A stretch of 63,879 nucleotides of DNA, the filler included, from Stramenopiles sp. TOSAG23-2 (lineage: Eukaryota), in assembly GCA_900128395.1 (NCBI GenBank). It is 3 parts of 3 records of this genome, joined end to end, with 100 filler letters (N's around TTAATTAATTAA, not from the genome) between each part and the next. Parts side by side here need not be neighbours in the genome. Positions count along the whole stretch, not along the records: positions 46,725 to 63,879 come from LT649573.1; 2 more parts are not named here. One strand, given 5' to 3'. This document shows positions 62,301 to 63,879 of the stretch, one piece after another; positions within the stretch are counted from its first letter, which is position 1; every line of letters starts with the position of its first letter. The notes beneath the pieces are model-generated. The model was not told the origin of the DNA. It saw only the letters and a list, made by a program, of their open reading frames with translations, and did not search any database. The position numbers were made by a program, and so were the translations under genes.

Positions 62301-63464
62301 TGGATTCTCTCCTACCCATCCATGTATTTCAATACGTACATTCTCTGAAAATATACCATATTCTGGACTATTAATTAAAAATTGAAATGTTGAATCACGA
62401 CGTATCAATAATAAATTAGATGGTACATTTCGATACGACAATGTATTTGCATCACGGCGATTAACTTCATACATAAAATCTACATTAGGTTGTATTTTTC
62501 CTGCTAAATTATAATTTTCATAATACGAATACGTTATAATAGCATCTCCAGATGCATATCCAAATGCCTTCATGGCTAATTTTGTATTTGATACACCAGT
62601 TAATCTTAAAAATTCATTTCCTTTCTCACCATTTTGACCATCATATCCACTATATTCATATTTTCTATTTTTATACATGGTAAATTCTGCTGTACCATCA
62701 TTATTACCGAGTAAACCTTTATTGCAACCTATTGTATCACAATATCCAATAATAGCTTTACCTTCAGAAAATATAGTTTTATTTTCAATATCATATAATT
62801 GTATATCAACATCTTTTGTGGAATATAAATTTACTTGTAAATTTTTTTTTTCACGTGGTATTTCGCCAATATCTACTACACTATTTTTTGCTACGTGCAA
62901 TGTAAATGTACCAGTAAATGGTGTAAGTCCTAAACATTTACTTGTTTGTACTCTATCAAATTTATATGATATAATAGCAGTTCCTGTTTCAAATGCATAT
63001 GCTTTCATAATTAAATTTGTTGTTGTAACACCTTCTACGGATATCCATTCTTTTCCTGGCATTCCACCGGTACCACCGTATCCAGAATAACCAACACGCA
63101 TATGTTTATACATAGCATATCCTGCACCTTCATCTGAACCAAGTGCACCAATATTACATGTTTTTGCATCTGCACACCATGCAACGACGGCTTTTCCTTC
63201 TGAAAATTTTGTCACATCATTTGAATCATAAATTTGAACATCAACATCAGAAGATGCTGTTAAATAGATACGTACATTCCATTTTCCTGAAGGTATTTGT
63301 CCTATTTCAACTAATTCACCAACAGTAGTTAAATTTACATTGAATGTTCCATTACCACCATCACATCCTGCACCCCAATTGAATCCTGCATGGGATGGTA
63401 GGATGGGTGATATGGTGAGTAGGAAGAAGAGGGGGTAGAGTAGGAAATTGTTGGGGCGGGACAT
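59316..63464 (-). CDS. Secreted multidomain protein-glutamine gamma-glutamyltransferase (animal-type transglutaminase)
   Basis: Signal peptide; VLFNPY; YCQCFVYSGV..TIGRSLGIPTRTVTTFQSAHD (Cys); DSIWSFHVWNE (His); WQAVDATPQE (Asp); GPAS; ISTK; DITSKYK. Confidence 0.9.
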   Translation of the reverse strand: MSRPNNFLLYPLFFLLTISPILPSHAGFNWGAGCDGGNGTFNVNLTTVGELVEIGQIPSGKWNVRIYLTASSDVDVQIYDSNDVTKFSEGKAVVAWCADAKTCNIGALGSDEGAGYAMYKHMRVGYSGYGGTGGMPGKEWISVEGVTTTNLIMKAYAFETGTAIISYKFDRVQTSKCLGLTPFTGTFTLHVAKNSVVDIGEIPREKKNLQVNLYSTKDVDIQLYDIENKTIFSEGKAIIGYCDTIGCNKGLLGNNDGTAEFTMYKNRKYEYSGYDGQNGEKGNEFLRLTGVSNTKLAMKAFGYASGDAIITYSYYENYNLAGKIQPNVDFMYEVNRRDANTLSYRNVPSNLLLIRRDSTFQFLINSPEYGIFSENVRIEIHGWVGENPNYRFGLQEDDDVTSSKLLYLINEPNQQMLSEENYEVETTQDGATRVSVRVKLFPNAPVGWYRLTAFIKVDDIDPVKNTIKRIIEYSCNTTMVVLFNPYGRYEDVKQTKSNRDEYVENEKGLIWQGLSDDNTAHVWDFDQYEFNNLAISLDSLRRMHINERGDVALVSRHLTYSLGRDICYGKWGEGSYTSGRPSGGYRCSSSSTNPTCFEPGHWKGTTELFQVHRKVGGKSVQYCQCFVYSGVMTTIGRSLGIPTRTVTTFQSAHDTNADRSISKFYTVDSATGIFQPSAIPDGHGHDSIWSFHVWNEMYFKRPMLNQFLKCSSCANNWQAVDATPQEPSAGGDKSLPTNGGYMMGPASLKMIKKNLDPVCRNQTSKYGCFGLQISTKKKGDISSACLKSTNDDEPRDCSADLDDITSKYKGKEPSGPGMPTAGSSSSSGRRYLSNSNDKNVNLTLYNISVGMAPTATGPVINEPGHPAAAVLIAITVDNNNNKVVPILNCGLVVTVRDYTSNIVATIFKETITASSTNNNNCIFQEIERSQWLKYAATYFDVGNVEHNITSAMDPGERAYALHFEVTASTANDGVVLMQERTKIICTPLIGAGSLQSRIFCDDNRGQWIRPTSGTKSQAALAHLDKNIRKSGCQNAGITKSWASIGGPDDGICQQSNNVDGCWDGGDCCTYSCFQLNGEFKELGSDGKTWQFSHRCFILNDTIDCIDPVFKVNNFSTTMNLELLDYSRPTKPLYKEYDEQDNNQCDVTIDLIGKYINGSSISSLSFCEAFSNYLCSNITFARTRVECNVEISKLIPDTCNGGKLPRCKPRTMQNCQCKEEWAYTNTDSTVFQFYNHSCGNPFLSPGYHHNNWCDVVPGSCLNTISGNPGAAGSTYYYDSTQSPPSWWDNCGSGAADATTGKLLNAGEGTNMKWTEANKQEAIPIAFAGTVINKTINMQILRVVTMNIDNGDSSTSTIGPGKTTIGTTTTTPSAPVVETIEAKF

Positions 63465-63879
63465 GTTCTTATTGGTACTAATTGTTTTGAAAAATAAATA
63501 AATTTGTGAAAAACTTATTACTCTCTCGCATCGTTTGATTTATTATTCATATTATTTTCTATTTTATTAAAAAAGAAGAGGTTTGTTGTAGTTTGTTTTT
63601 TGATGAGAGGAGTTGGTGGCGATGTGGTGCGTACGTTCACCATTCGCAATGATATGTGAGTGTACTTTTAAACTTTTGGTAGCTACCTGGATCCTGGATT
63701 TTTTCGATTTTGTTATAACGTGCTGGTTATAAGTTCAATAAGTACATTACGATATTAAGCAAAACTTGATAGGAAATACAATGTAAAAACACTACTATAC
63801 TTCTCACAGCTCACAGCAATTTCGTCGATTGGAAGACGACTAAAATTACTAGTTTAGCCTTCCATCTAACATAAATTGG

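Noticed and set aside
1-63879. tRNA, rRNA or snRNA genes
   Set aside because: No cloverleaf or T-loop GTTCRA context and no rRNA-like stretch recognised by eye; a covariance-model scan would be needed to exclude small RNAs.

Overview
AT-rich (roughly 30% GC by eye), gene-dense, intron-poor eukaryotic nuclear DNA with Asn-rich low-complexity proteins. It most likely comes from a flagellated protist: a DRC8/EFCAB2 gene is present, and stramenopile affinity is an inference only. About 27 protein-coding genes can be read, with three clear ~90-nt GT-AG introns. Two artificial 100-nt contig linkers (44N-TTAATTAATTAA-44N) and one N gap mean gene order across 23294-23393 and 46625-46724 is not guaranteed. 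Housekeeping genes include GLTP, PUS3, DRC8, HemB, DIS3L2, WBP2, POP4, HROB and CK2beta. The most unusual items are: (1) an SLC17/ACS-family MFS transporter with its two 6-TM halves in swapped order (circular permutation); (2) a large secreted, probably membrane-anchored animal-type transglutaminase split from its TM tail by one in-frame TAA; (3) a ~0.5-kb GC-rich, ATG-less 2OG-Fe(II) oxygenase fragment embedded in AT-rich DNA; (4) a bacterial-type alditol oxidase fitted with a signal peptide and KREL; (5) a SUMF2-type inactive FGE paralog; (6) a RING finger with an EF-hand pair inserted inside it; (7) a SIL1 N-terminal motif in a predicted mitochondrial protein. Intergenic DNA carries a MITE, hairpin-rich dispersed repeats and orphan coding fragments. 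All family calls come from motif recognition by eye; no searches were run.
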